DNA of 61,731 nucleotides, the filler included, from Globobulimina sp. (taxonomy: Eukaryota): the NCBI GenBank assembly GCA_003354225.1. It is 26 parts of 26 records of this genome, joined end to end, with 100 filler letters (N's around TTAATTAATTAA, not from the genome) between each part and the next. Parts side by side here need not be neighbours in the genome. Positions count along the whole stretch, not along the records: positions 23,796 to 26,074 come from PIVH01007704.1; positions 26,175 to 28,452 come from PIVH01007705.1; positions 28,553 to 30,830 come from PIVH01007706.1; positions 30,931 to 33,208 come from PIVH01007707.1; positions 33,309 to 35,586 come from PIVH01007708.1; 21 more parts are not named here. The stretch is one strand, 5' to 3'. The notes beneath the pieces are model-generated. The model ran no database searches. It saw only the letters and a program-made list of their open reading frames with translations, and was not told the DNA's origin. The position numbers and the translations under genes are program-made. This document shows, piece after piece, positions 25,578 to 35,686 of this stretch. Numbering within the stretch: the stretch's first letter is position 1; each line of letters starts with the position of its first letter.

Positions 25578-26174
25578 TTCTATCATCTGTTACAGATTTT
25601 GTTTTTGGAGAACCTCTTTGTTTGGGCGAGGGTGAGGATAACAATTCATTCTCGTCCTCTTTTGCATCGCTTTCTTCTTCGTCGTCGAGTTCTCAATTTT
25701 TATGGTTTGATTCAAAATAATTTCATGATCACCTTTCTTTATTTTGTCACTGTCCATTAATTCGATTCGGTGCGATTCGATTCCAATCGGATTTGGTTTT
25801 AAACATTTTTTTAGAATCAATTCCACGATGTCTGCGGTTCCAGGCAAATTCTCGAGATATTTTGAGGCAATAAACGTATGGATATGGAATCATAAGCTGT
25901 TGTTGTACATATTACGTGCAAGGATACTATATACACAAATATGCAGTTGTTGATTAAACAGATGCTTTTCTCGAGCACAACGAAGACATGCTTTCATTGG
26001 CTGAGAAGTAACTTTAAAAATGCGGATGTAATGAAATCAAGGCGAATAAGCCGGTGCTGATGGCGAAGGGGACGNNNNNNNNNNNNNNNNNNNNNNNNNN
26101 NNNNNNNNNNNNNNNNNNTTAATTAATTAANNNNNNNNNNNNNNNNNNNNNNNNNNNNNNNNNNNNNNNNNNNN

Positions 26175-27381
26175 CATCTTGCTGCATCTTTATATCATTT
26201 GTATCATTAAATTGTATCAGTTTTAAATTAAACTCAATCTCGGACAGATATGCACCACCAAATTTATTATGCTTTTCTTGAATGTCTAAAATGGATTCAA
26301 TGCCATCAATGCCATCAATGCCATCAATGCCATAAATTATAAATTGAGATTTGATCCAATTTGTCCATATCTCCCAATCATCGACAAATAAATTATTATA
26401 TTTGTCATTAAATAGCATTTCAGCGCATAGTCTATTTACCTCCGACCATTGGTTGAGGGATAGAAAACATTCTAGTTTCCATAATAATAACTTGTTTTTG
26501 TCAGTAAAAGCAATTCTTATGACGTCTGACTCAATAAATTGGTTTAATTTTGCGTATTCTTTCCGCAGCGACAATATTTTATAATACATAGTCATTAACG
26601 CATCAAAATTGTCAATCTCTTTATAATTACAATTATCATTACTAGTATTATTTAAATATTGTCTTTCAAATTGTAATTGCTGTAATTTTAATATTGTGTC
26701 TCTGTTGTTATTGGCCATGCCATCAATATCAATGTCAATGTCAATTACTGCGCCGGTGATTGCCCACATATTATAATTTGAATTTGAATTTGAATTAAAG
26801 CCTCTGTTCATTTTTGTGGCTAATTGTGATAACTTATTATATTTAGCATTGATAAAATATGTAAAGTATAATTCTCTGCATCGATTCTCATTTTTTATTA
26901 TTTTTTTTGAATTAAATGCAGATTCTAAGAATATTAATAAGTAATGTATTTCACCAGATATTTGACATGCATTTTGTAAGCAATTTAGAGATTCATTATT
27001 CCAGTCGTCTGACTCGTATTTATTTTTTAAAAATAAACTGTTTATTTCGCAAAATAATAATTTTAATGCGTCATAGTCTTGGCATTGTGCCAGAATTACA
27101 CATTTCAAACTATTTAGAATTAAAGGTAATATTTGATGAGTTTTTTGAAAATTTTGTTGAATAATGTTTATTTTATTCATTGCTGCTTCATCATCATTTT
27201 TGGCAATCATTACTCTTATTTCTTTTGCTAGTTTTTCTATCATTTGTGGTGAATAATTCACATTTTTCTTCTCGTTTGGGTTAGGCTTAGATTTAGGTTT
27301 AGGTTTAGATTTGTTTTGCTTTTTAGGTTTGTATTTTTTGTGTTTATTTTTTCCTTTGCCACCAGTTTGACGGCGAGGCAT
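26175..27381 (-). CDS. NAA25: NatB auxiliary subunit-like TPR protein, 3'-partial
   Basis: NENRCRELYFTYF...QLATKMNRGF...YNMWA, DDWEIW and GAYLSEIE match NAA25/MDM20 patterns. Confidence 0.65.
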
Positions 27382-27430
27382 TGTTTTTGAGTATATGCTT
27401 CAGCTTAGCTGCACCTCAAAACTGCAAAGC

Positions 27431-28452
27431 ATGGCTCTTCCTAAAAAAAAGACACGACGATCGTCACAGATTGGCCGATTGGGCTTAGAATGCTCTTTTT
27501 TAAAATATGATGATGATGAAAATCATATAACATATACAATTCAACTCAAGTGTCAGGCAAATGAGACTGCGTGGAATATATCAAAAAGATATAATGAATT
27601 TTATCGATTAAATACTGAATTACAAAAAGATAGAAATTTCCGTGGTATAAAGTTGCCCAATTTCCCAGGGAAAGCAATATCTTTTACTGATGCCTCAAAA
27701 AAAGAATTAGCTGAAGAAAGAATGCAACATTTAGAAATATATTTAAATGGATTAATATCACGCACTGTTTTTTTATCATCGCCCGCTGTTCGCGCTTTTT
27801 TAAATATGCCTATATCTGTTCGCGATTTAGCCATTATATTATCGACGCGGCAGAATGCTGCCTTAAAACAAGGATATATGCAAAAAAAAGGTGAATTAAA
27901 CAAAAAATGGAGAAAACGATGGTTTGTACTCCAACCAAATTATATTTTAAAATATTATAAACAAGAATCGTCACATGATCCACAAGGAAGTATTGATATA
28001 TCCACGATTCAACAGGTTCAGATGAAAAATACTACGCAAGATAAAAAATATAGGTATAATACATTATACATTTAAATATCTATAATAAGTATATATTATA
28101 TGCGCATATTCGCAGCTTCACTTTAGTTGGGAAACAACGTCGATGGTTCTTAGCTTGCGAGAATGAAACAGAAAAAAGGGAATGGACCCGCATGTTTATG
28201 CGATTACGTGACACCAAGGCACCCTTTAAAAACGACATAGTGAGTATCAATGATACGAGCATACATGACAGCAAATATAAGCAACAGCAACAGCAACAAC
28301 AGCAAGCGCTCCCTCCGCATGGCCAAAACAGGAAATCCTTCAATTTAGGCCCGCATTTTAAAAGAGTGACTCAAGTGAAATGGTGTCCCACTATCCCAGG
28401 CATCTTAGCCACGGGATCGGAAGACGAATCCCTTAAAATCTGGCAAACCCAT
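27431..28452 (+). CDS. PX + PH domain protein followed by a WD40 repeat, 3'-partial; intron 28054-28115
   Basis: PX motif KRYNEFYRL...LPNFPGK...ERMQHLEIYL. PH motif KQGYMQKKG...WRKRWFVL...EKREW. WD40 repeat VTQVKWCP...LATGSEDESLKIW. Confidence 0.85.
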
Positions 28453-29267
28453 NNNNNNNNNNNNNNNNNNNNNNNNNNNNNNNNNNNNNNNNNNNNTTAA
28501 TTAATTAANNNNNNNNNNNNNNNNNNNNNNNNNNNNNNNNNNNNNNNNNNNNATATATACATATATACGTTCATCGCAAATCCGCACTCACATCCTTCAT
28601 ATCCAAGCATTATCAGTGCAATGTGTTTTTGTTTCGGTTCAGAAAAATAAAATTAGAAACAACTAATACCTGCATTTAAAATGCTTGGATATCGGGAAAA
28701 CCCAATCGTTAATAAATATAAAATGAAAAAAAAGGTGATTATATGAATATTCATCGTGGATATTTTGAAAATTACATTGACTTATTTTTATTGCATATTT
28801 CTATTCTTGTTTGGGACTCTTTTGTCAATATTTTGTGTTTGAATTTACAATTCAATCACACGGATATGTTGTATAGAAAGTTATGTTATTTGTGTATTAA
28901 ATGTGCTTATAATAAGTAGCTAGTCGTTAGTATTTGTATTGGTGTGTTTTATATAAATATTATGTTAATTACTGCCTGCTTTGTGACTTTTGTTTGCTGT
29001 TTTTGTTATATATTAAATTGATGTGCCAGAGATTTTTTTTTTGATGATTAATTTCATGACTGTAAATTTTTCATGAAATACTCATCGATGATTTTCATGG
29101 CTTTTTTCATGACTTTTCATGACATTGTTTTTAGTTTTTGTAATTTATTTGATTGTTTGTGTGATTAACTTTCACTCCGTGGCCATTAAGGTCACATTTT
29201 TCGCTTAGAAAATGTGTTGTTATGCATCTTAACCACTTAAATAACTTAACAAACTCTGTAAAACAAC

Positions 29268-30830
29268 ATGTCGTCTTCAGATGAGAAACAGTCGACAATA
29301 ATGGTTAATGAAGAATCAACAGCAGAGCCATCATCTTCATCACAAGTAATCCTTCACGATCCAACAAAACAAAAAATAGTTTTATATGACCCACGATCGC
29401 AACAAATAACATTCTGTCAAAGTCGATGGTATCATTATAACAATGGAGAACCGATAAATTTATCATCTTTTTTACACAACAGTCACAACTACACAAATAA
29501 TAACGGACACAACGTACACAACGGACTTAATCAATTTTCTATTTGTCCCATGTGTCATCAACGGCTGCCATCCATATATCAATCCACATCCATTCCACCC
29601 TTCGATATATCTTCACATCATTTGCAAATTATGCATCGGGATTATTTTATGTTACTGGATAGATCCTATGCTACTGATTCAGAGCCAAAAGAGTCAAAAC
29701 AGTCCAAACATATTGACACCGATGCTCTGAATAACGGATATTACACTAAATTCTTTGAAAAAGTTAAGAAATTAGGCTCCGGCAGCTATGGCACTGTACA
29801 CTTAGTCAAACACGTAATGCATGACATATCTCTCGGCAATTTTGCTGTGAAAATCATTTGTGTCGGCGACAAAGTACCGCGCTTAATAGAAATATTGAGG
29901 TATAATTGCATTTAGTCCTTAATCCTTGCACTTTATTATAACATTACTATTAATCAAAGAGAAGTGCGTGCTCTGCAAAGACTACATCATCGCAATGTGA
30001 TTGATTATAAACATTCGTGGCTAGAAAACTACCAACCAGCCATCAACGGGCCGTTAGTGCCGACCCTATTCATCTTAATGGAGTACGCAGATTGTGGCAA
30101 TATTATGGATTACATCACACATTCAAATGGTAATAAAAAAAGAAAATGGTTGTCGGAACATGAAATCTATACAATTATGTTTGAGACTTGTATGGGTTTA
30201 CAACACTTGCATGAATATGGTATTTTGCATCGTGACCTAAAGCCAAATAACTTGTTAATGACATCGTTGCATACGAGGCATCGCATAGATTTTGAGGATT
30301 TAGAGTTATATGACACCAATTATAGGATTGTCTTATCAGATTTGGGGCAATCTGAGTTTTTAGATAGCAATCAGCGGTCAGAAAGGACGGGGAATACTGG
30401 AACATTGGGGTTTGCTGCGCCTGAGTTGATATTGGATGGAGATTGGGACGAAAGTGTGGATATATGGTCGTTGGGGCATATTTTATACTTTTTGGCTTTC
30501 AGTAAGTGGCCCTATGACAATGGCAATGATGCATTGATGGATATGGACGAATATGAGCTATATGACGGCATTCTGAGTGGCAAATATAAATTGTTAATTC
30601 CTCAGAATAATGGCTTTAGATCGCAGAGTATGATTGAAATGATTGATGAATTGTGTTGCATTGAGGCACAAAAGCGACCCTCTTTGAGCTGGATTATTCT
30701 GAAAATATCAAATATATTGAAACAGCATCAATATATTACCATATCGTCGACTTCTACGCAGACGGAACAGATGGCATTGGCGGCACCGCCGGGGATTGGG
30801 TTGGTGCCTGCCGTCGGGTCATTGGCTGCC
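29268..30830 (+). CDS. IKS1-family Ser/Thr protein kinase; intron 29900-29959
   Basis: CPMC and DYFMLL N-region, NGYYTKFF, GSGSYG, FAVK, ILR|EV, HRDLKPNN, SDLG and GTLGFAAPE. Confidence 0.85.
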
Positions 30831-30987
30831 NNNNNNNNNNNNNNNNNNNNNNNNNNNNNNNNNNNNNNNNNNNNTTAATTAATTAANNNNNNNNNNNNNN
30901 NNNNNNNNNNNNNNNNNNNNNNNNNNNNNNCATGCCATTAAATTTTAAATTAAGAATTTCGAATTGAACCTAAGCAAATGAGCAATA

Positions 30988-31050
30988 ATGATGACTGTAA
31001 CTGTGACATTAATGGAGCAAATCCTCTCAATTTGGTTGGATTAATTCTGA
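30988..31050 (+). ncRNA. Possible box C/D snoRNA
   Basis: Box C ATGATGA at 30988-30994 and box D CTGA at 31047-31050. No terminal stem and no guide target identified. Confidence 0.3.
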
Positions 31051-31194
31051 GAAAGGAGATATCAAAAGGTTTGCGACCAACGCATCTTTCGATAACATAA
31101 AAATCAAAACACAAAAACATAAATTAAATGAGAGACCAGTCACCGGTTTAAATGCAATTTTGTAGCATACACCGGCCACAATGTCTAATTTATT

Positions 31195-31258
31195 GTGATG
31201 ATGGCTTAAGCAAAGCATCTAAATAAAGAAGATTTGGGTTCAAATCCCTATCATCACA
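31195..31258 (+). ncRNA. tRNA-like element (64 nt) with truncated anticodon arm, followed by T6
   Basis: Acceptor stem GTGATGA/TCATCAC plus discriminator A, D stem GCTT/AAGC, T arm TTGGG-TTCAAAT-CCCTA. The anticodon arm is only 12 nt. Oligo-T at 31259-31264. Confidence 0.65.
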
Positions 31259-31375
31259 TTTTTTATTTACTATTTTTTTAAATTCAGATCAGATCGATAT
31301 TAAAATTAAAAGCATTAAATTAAATTAAATTAAATTAAAAAAGAAACAAAAACATTAATTCAAGATATAGAATAT

Positions 31376-31854
31376 CTATTTTTTAGTACATTTGAACATA
31401 GTTTGTACTGTCCCCGCTGAATCACAGGTTGTATCATGCTCGAAAGAGGAAATAATACTGCCTGAACAACCGTCTTTCGAGTAAAGAGTATCAATAAATG
31501 TTCCATCTTGAAGGCAATCATACATTCTTGTTCCAAAACATTTGCCCAGAACATAAGTCGTAGTGCTTTTACCGTAATCGTTTGGCACTCCCTTTGTACA
31601 TTCTTGTACCAAAACATCGGCCAAACCACATTGAGTTTGTGATGAAGAACAATCACATTCATATGAAGCATCACAATTAACTGTTACCGATCGTCCAGGA
31701 TTGTGGTTTAAGTCATTACAGTCCCATCCATCAAATGCCTTGCCTTCCACTTGCAATCCATTGACGTCACAAATAAACTTCCATGACTCAGGTGCCAACC
31801 AATAGACATCGTTGACACATTCGTTTGTTTGCATTCCTTCGAAATGATTGCAAT
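31376..31854 (-). CDS. Small Cys-rich protein, last exon (candidate intron 31855-31921)
   Basis: Two similar Cys-patterned halves (WKFICD...DGWDC; RMYDC...KDGC). The upstream exon is uncertain. Confidence 0.55.
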
Positions 31855-32070
31855 CTGAACAATAAACAAAGTTATTTGTAAAGAATAGAATAGAATAGAA
31901 ATAGAATAAAATAAAACATACTCTGTTGTTTGTTATTATTATTCATTGTCAATGCTGTTAGGATTCCTGTAAGTAGCCCCGCTAGCCCGCCCATGTTATT
32001 ATTACTTAGGAATGTTGTTATTGTTGTAAGTAGCCCGCCCATTTTATGATTGGTATTAAATGTATGCAAT

Positions 32071-32115
32071 CAGATCAAATTAGATCAGATCAGATCAGAT
32101 CAGATCAGATCAGAT
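32071..32115. repeat. (CAGAT)n microsatellite flanked by an 11-bp direct repeat
   Basis: ATGTATGCAAT at 32060-32070 and 32114-32124. Confidence 0.85.
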
Positions 32116-32689
32116 GTATGCAATTGCAAATAAAAGGGAGAAAGGCAAAGTGCAGAGAATAAAGTGCAGAGAATAAAGAATTCGAATATAAATAGGATAT
32201 CGATATAATAATAGATATACAAATATTAATAGGAATTATGAGGAATTATGTCAATCAGAATATAATTTATGTCAGATCATGCATAGAAATAACATTTTGG
32301 AATTCATTTGGCGTATTTCCATTCATATTCAATGTATTAGATTAGACACTGCTCATATTGGCGTATATCATAATCAAAATCATATTACTCTTTATTATTT
32401 GGGTCATGATTCAAGATAGTGATGTTACTGAAAAAAAAAACTATTAATTAAAATGGCAAATACAAAATCATTATTTCTATTATATATCTATGACAATTTG
32501 TTAGCTGAACCACCTTTACTACCTGCTGCAGATTATTCTTTTGCAATTTGTGCATATAAAAACACGATTGTTTTATTAGGTATGTTATTTTATAAATAAT
32601 TCAACACAAACAATCACAAATGCTTCATTACCTAACAGTACATTTCTGACATTGATCCTTTTAGGCTTTAGGTCAAACTATTTTTGTTT

Positions 32690-33065
32690 ATGACTTGCAG
32701 ACCACACAGTTGTCACAAATATTGTCACCATGGCCATTCGCGACAGATGTGGATAAAAACGGTTGTTTGTAGTTGGTGGTTGGAACAATATCGATGGCAC
32801 TTTGAACACATTACAAATTTACAACAGGTTGTCACAAATATGGTTTTATGGACCACCGATGCTGCTGTCAATTGCAAGAAGGTCATTTTCCTGCATTGTC
32901 CATCCAGTATACAACGCATTATATGCAATTGGAGGCTATCACGAAGAGACTCAAATATATTTAGATCAAGTGGGGAAAATACTGATTGACAATATTACAA
33001 ATAATCAGTGGATATCCGTTGCACCGTTAAATGAGCAACGTTGCTGTTTAAGAACAGTGTTATAA
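32690..33065 (+). pseudogene. Kelch-repeat gene fragment, disrupted
   Basis: LFVVGGW...LQIYN...W and LYAIGGY...W...PLNEQR Kelch motifs, with a frameshift upstream and an abrupt end. Confidence 0.65.
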
Positions 33066-33308
33066 TTTGATTTAGAAAAGAACAAGGAATCAAGCCGTTA
33101 ATGAATTCATTAGGAAATCATTAAAATGAATTCATTAATGATTTTTGGCAATATTGGCAATTTACAACAATGATTTTTTTAATGATTTTTTCAAAAATTG
33201 TAAAATTGNNNNNNNNNNNNNNNNNNNNNNNNNNNNNNNNNNNNNNNNNNNNTTAATTAATTAANNNNNNNNNNNNNNNNNNNNNNNNNNNNNNNNNNNN
33301 NNNNNNNN

Positions 33309-33513
33309 ATCTTTTAACTGGAGATTTGGATAAGGGTATTGAATGTATTCAAGAAGCTTTTGCAACAGCTCAAGAAGCTTTTTATCAGGCGGAAAGGCTA
33401 AGGATAAAAGCACAACTTTATGCACATTCGAATAAAGAGCACGCATTGGAAATGCTTAAAGAGTCAATCGATATCAGCAAGTCAAAAGGAAATAAAAGTC
33501 TGCAGCTGAGATC
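33309..33513 (+). CDS. Bacterial-type TPR-like C-terminal fragment (AAA-ATPase/cyclase class)
   Basis: FYQAERLRIKAQL...ESIDISKSKGNKSLQLRS resembles the EAELxRxKG...A...AKSLELRA tail. Confidence 0.5.
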
Positions 33514-33922
33514 TACTTTAGCCGCTATTGATCTGAAAAGTGGTCGAGTTCTATGGAAACGACAATATTCTTCTTATCGTCAAATTTCAATTTACCGTAA
33601 TACTATTTTCTTAACCAACTTACGTGGTCATGTTTATGCGATAGATCGAGTTAATGGGATTGAGCGTTGGAGTAATTTATCGCTTGTGAATCGTGGTGTA
33701 ACTGGTCCTGCTGTTATAGATGACTATGTTGTTGTGGGTGATTTTGAAGGCTATTTACATTGGTTAAACCAAGAGACGGGTGATATTGTTGCCCGTCACG
33801 AAGTTGATGGCAGTGGTATTCACTCTACACCAACGGTAGTTGATAATGTTTTGTATAGTCAATCACGCGATGGTGATTTACAGGCCATAGAAACGCCTAA
33901 AATAATTACAGCTGAGCAATAG
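33514..33922 (+). CDS. bamB: Outer-membrane assembly factor BamB, C-terminal fragment (gammaproteobacterial)
   Basis: AAIDLKSGRVLWKRQYSSY...VYAIDRVNGIERW...VVVGDFEGYLHWL...QSRDG PQQ-type propeller. Confidence 0.9.
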
Positions 33923-33974
33923 ACTCAAAGCTTTTAGCTATTTTTTAGACTAGAATACACTTAGTTATATAGAT

Positions 33975-34016
33975 ACGGCTCCAATGCTTTTGCATGTGGG
34001 GCCGTTACTTGTTTTT
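33975..34016 (+). terminator. Hairpin with T-rich tail downstream of bamB
   Basis: ACGGCTCCA-ATGC-TTTT-GCAT-G-TGGGGCCGT followed by TACTTGTTTTT. Confidence 0.55.
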
Positions 34017-34041
34017 GTACTCTTGATTTTAGTGAATAATA

Positions 34042-34980
34042 ATGGCTTATAATACAACATCTGTATTGATATTACACGATTTCCAGATACGCTCATTACC
34101 AACAATACCATCAGCATTTATTACCCGAATTGATGATGCGGTATGGAAAGAATTTACAGATGAATGTGTAAAAAGAGTAAATCACACATATTCACAAAAT
34201 AACGATATGACAAATTTAGGATCAAGGCGTTGTTGGTTACGAGTAGCATATATTATCTGTGCACCATTAGTATTTATATTAGGTTATTCCGCTTATTATT
34301 GTTTAGTACTTGGCACTGCATTTGGTGTTGGCGTGTTAGTTGCTGGCGCAATATTGGCGATAGCTGCATTTGCTGCATTTGTCTGCGCTGCGGTTAGTGT
34401 GGCAAAGTGTGGCTCTTTGATGAAAGGTATTATTATCCTAATTATACTATGTTTATCTATCTCTATTATCTATCCATATGGCTATATTATAGGTTATAGA
34501 TTCGCATCTCAACAAGATTTAGATGGGATATTTTCATATATGAATGCGAGATATAATAATTTAATATATTTTAGTTCAGCACGTTCAACGCATAGAAATA
34601 ATGGAACTGTGCAGTTAGGAATTAATATTGTTTTAAGGGTACAGCAATTAAGCAAATCAATGGCTGCTATGACTGGAACCAATACCAACAATGCCGCTGT
34701 CGGTGTGATGCCTGTACAAGTTCATGGAGTGCCTATACAATTGGCAAATGGACAGATTGTATATCAAGTGGCTGCTCCGCAACAACAACAACAAATACGG
34801 CCAATACAACAAATACAACCACAACCGATGGCAATTCAGCAACAACAAACCAGACAACAATTGCCAGAATATCAACCACCACCAGGTGTTAATCCACAAT
34901 ATCAAGCAATGAACCAAAATGAAGGTGAAGGAAATGTAAATAATAATAATTATGGTAATACTGGTGCTCATTATCAATAA
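34042..34980 (+). CDS. Membrane protein (2 TM) with Q/P/N-rich tail; probable in-frame intron 34427-34492
   Basis: Hydrophobic hairpin and low-complexity C-terminus. A 66-nt GT-AG AT-rich segment lies within the ORF. Confidence 0.7.
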   Translation: MAYNTTSVLILHDFQIRSLPTIPSAFITRIDDAVWKEFTDECVKRVNHTYSQNNDMTNLGSRRCWLRVAYIICAPLVFILGYSAYYCLVLGTAFGVGVLVAGAILAIAAFAAFVCAAVSVAKCGSLMKGIIILIILCLSISIIYPYGYIIGYRFASQQDLDGIFSYMNARYNNLIYFSSARSTHRNNGTVQLGINIVLRVQQLSKSMAAMTGTNTNNAAVGVMPVQVHGVPIQLANGQIVYQVAAPQQQQQIRPIQQIQPQPMAIQQQQTRQQLPEYQPPPGVNPQYQAMNQNEGEGNVNNNNYGNTGAHYQ

Positions 34981-35686
34981 ATAATATTTGTTTTAATTTT
35001 TTTGTCTAATTTAGTAAGTACATTGTTGATTGTTCATTATTTTAAGTTGATTGGTTTTTGTGTTGACTATAAATATCTCGATGATATTTTAATGGCTGCA
35101 TTTTATTTACTTTCTCCAACGATTTACTTTCTAACGTTCCTAAGCGTTGCCTTTATCATTTCGGCCGGGAATAAAAAAAAAAAAAAATAAAAAAAAAAAT
35201 AAAAAAGTCATACAAATTAGAACACAATATAGAAAACATATATATTATACCATCATTCAACAAATGTTTTTGCATCATCGTTACTGTTATTAGTTATTAC
35301 TGTCATATGCATCCTTATCAAGCGTAATTAGCATATTTGTTTGATTTGGTTGCTTTTGTTGACATGACACACTATTTTGTCCAATTAAGTTTTTTATATC
35401 ATTTGATGGCGCAGGCGTTAAAACAACACAATTACAACTCTCATCATTGTGCGTAATACTATTTGAAACTTGCCCCATATCGGATATATTTATGCTTGTC
35501 ATATTATTACACTCATTGTTTACTATATTTTCTTCAATTAAAGGTTGTGAATATGGTGTGAGCACAGTTCCTATTTCGGTGTCAGCNNNNNNNNNNNNNN
35601 NNNNNNNNNNNNNNNNNNNNNNNNNNNNNNTTAATTAATTAANNNNNNNNNNNNNNNNNNNNNNNNNNNNNNNNNNNNNNNNNNNN

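Noticed and set aside
29050-29125. TTTCATGA motif cluster (and AATGAATTCATT palindromes at ~33100-33140)
   Set aside because: These are short AT-rich motifs without TIR or TSD boundaries, too weak to call.
33326-33922. Novel TPR-BamB fusion protein
   Set aside because: Both halves are truncated and the contig has a second cross-domain junction, so a chimera is the simpler explanation.
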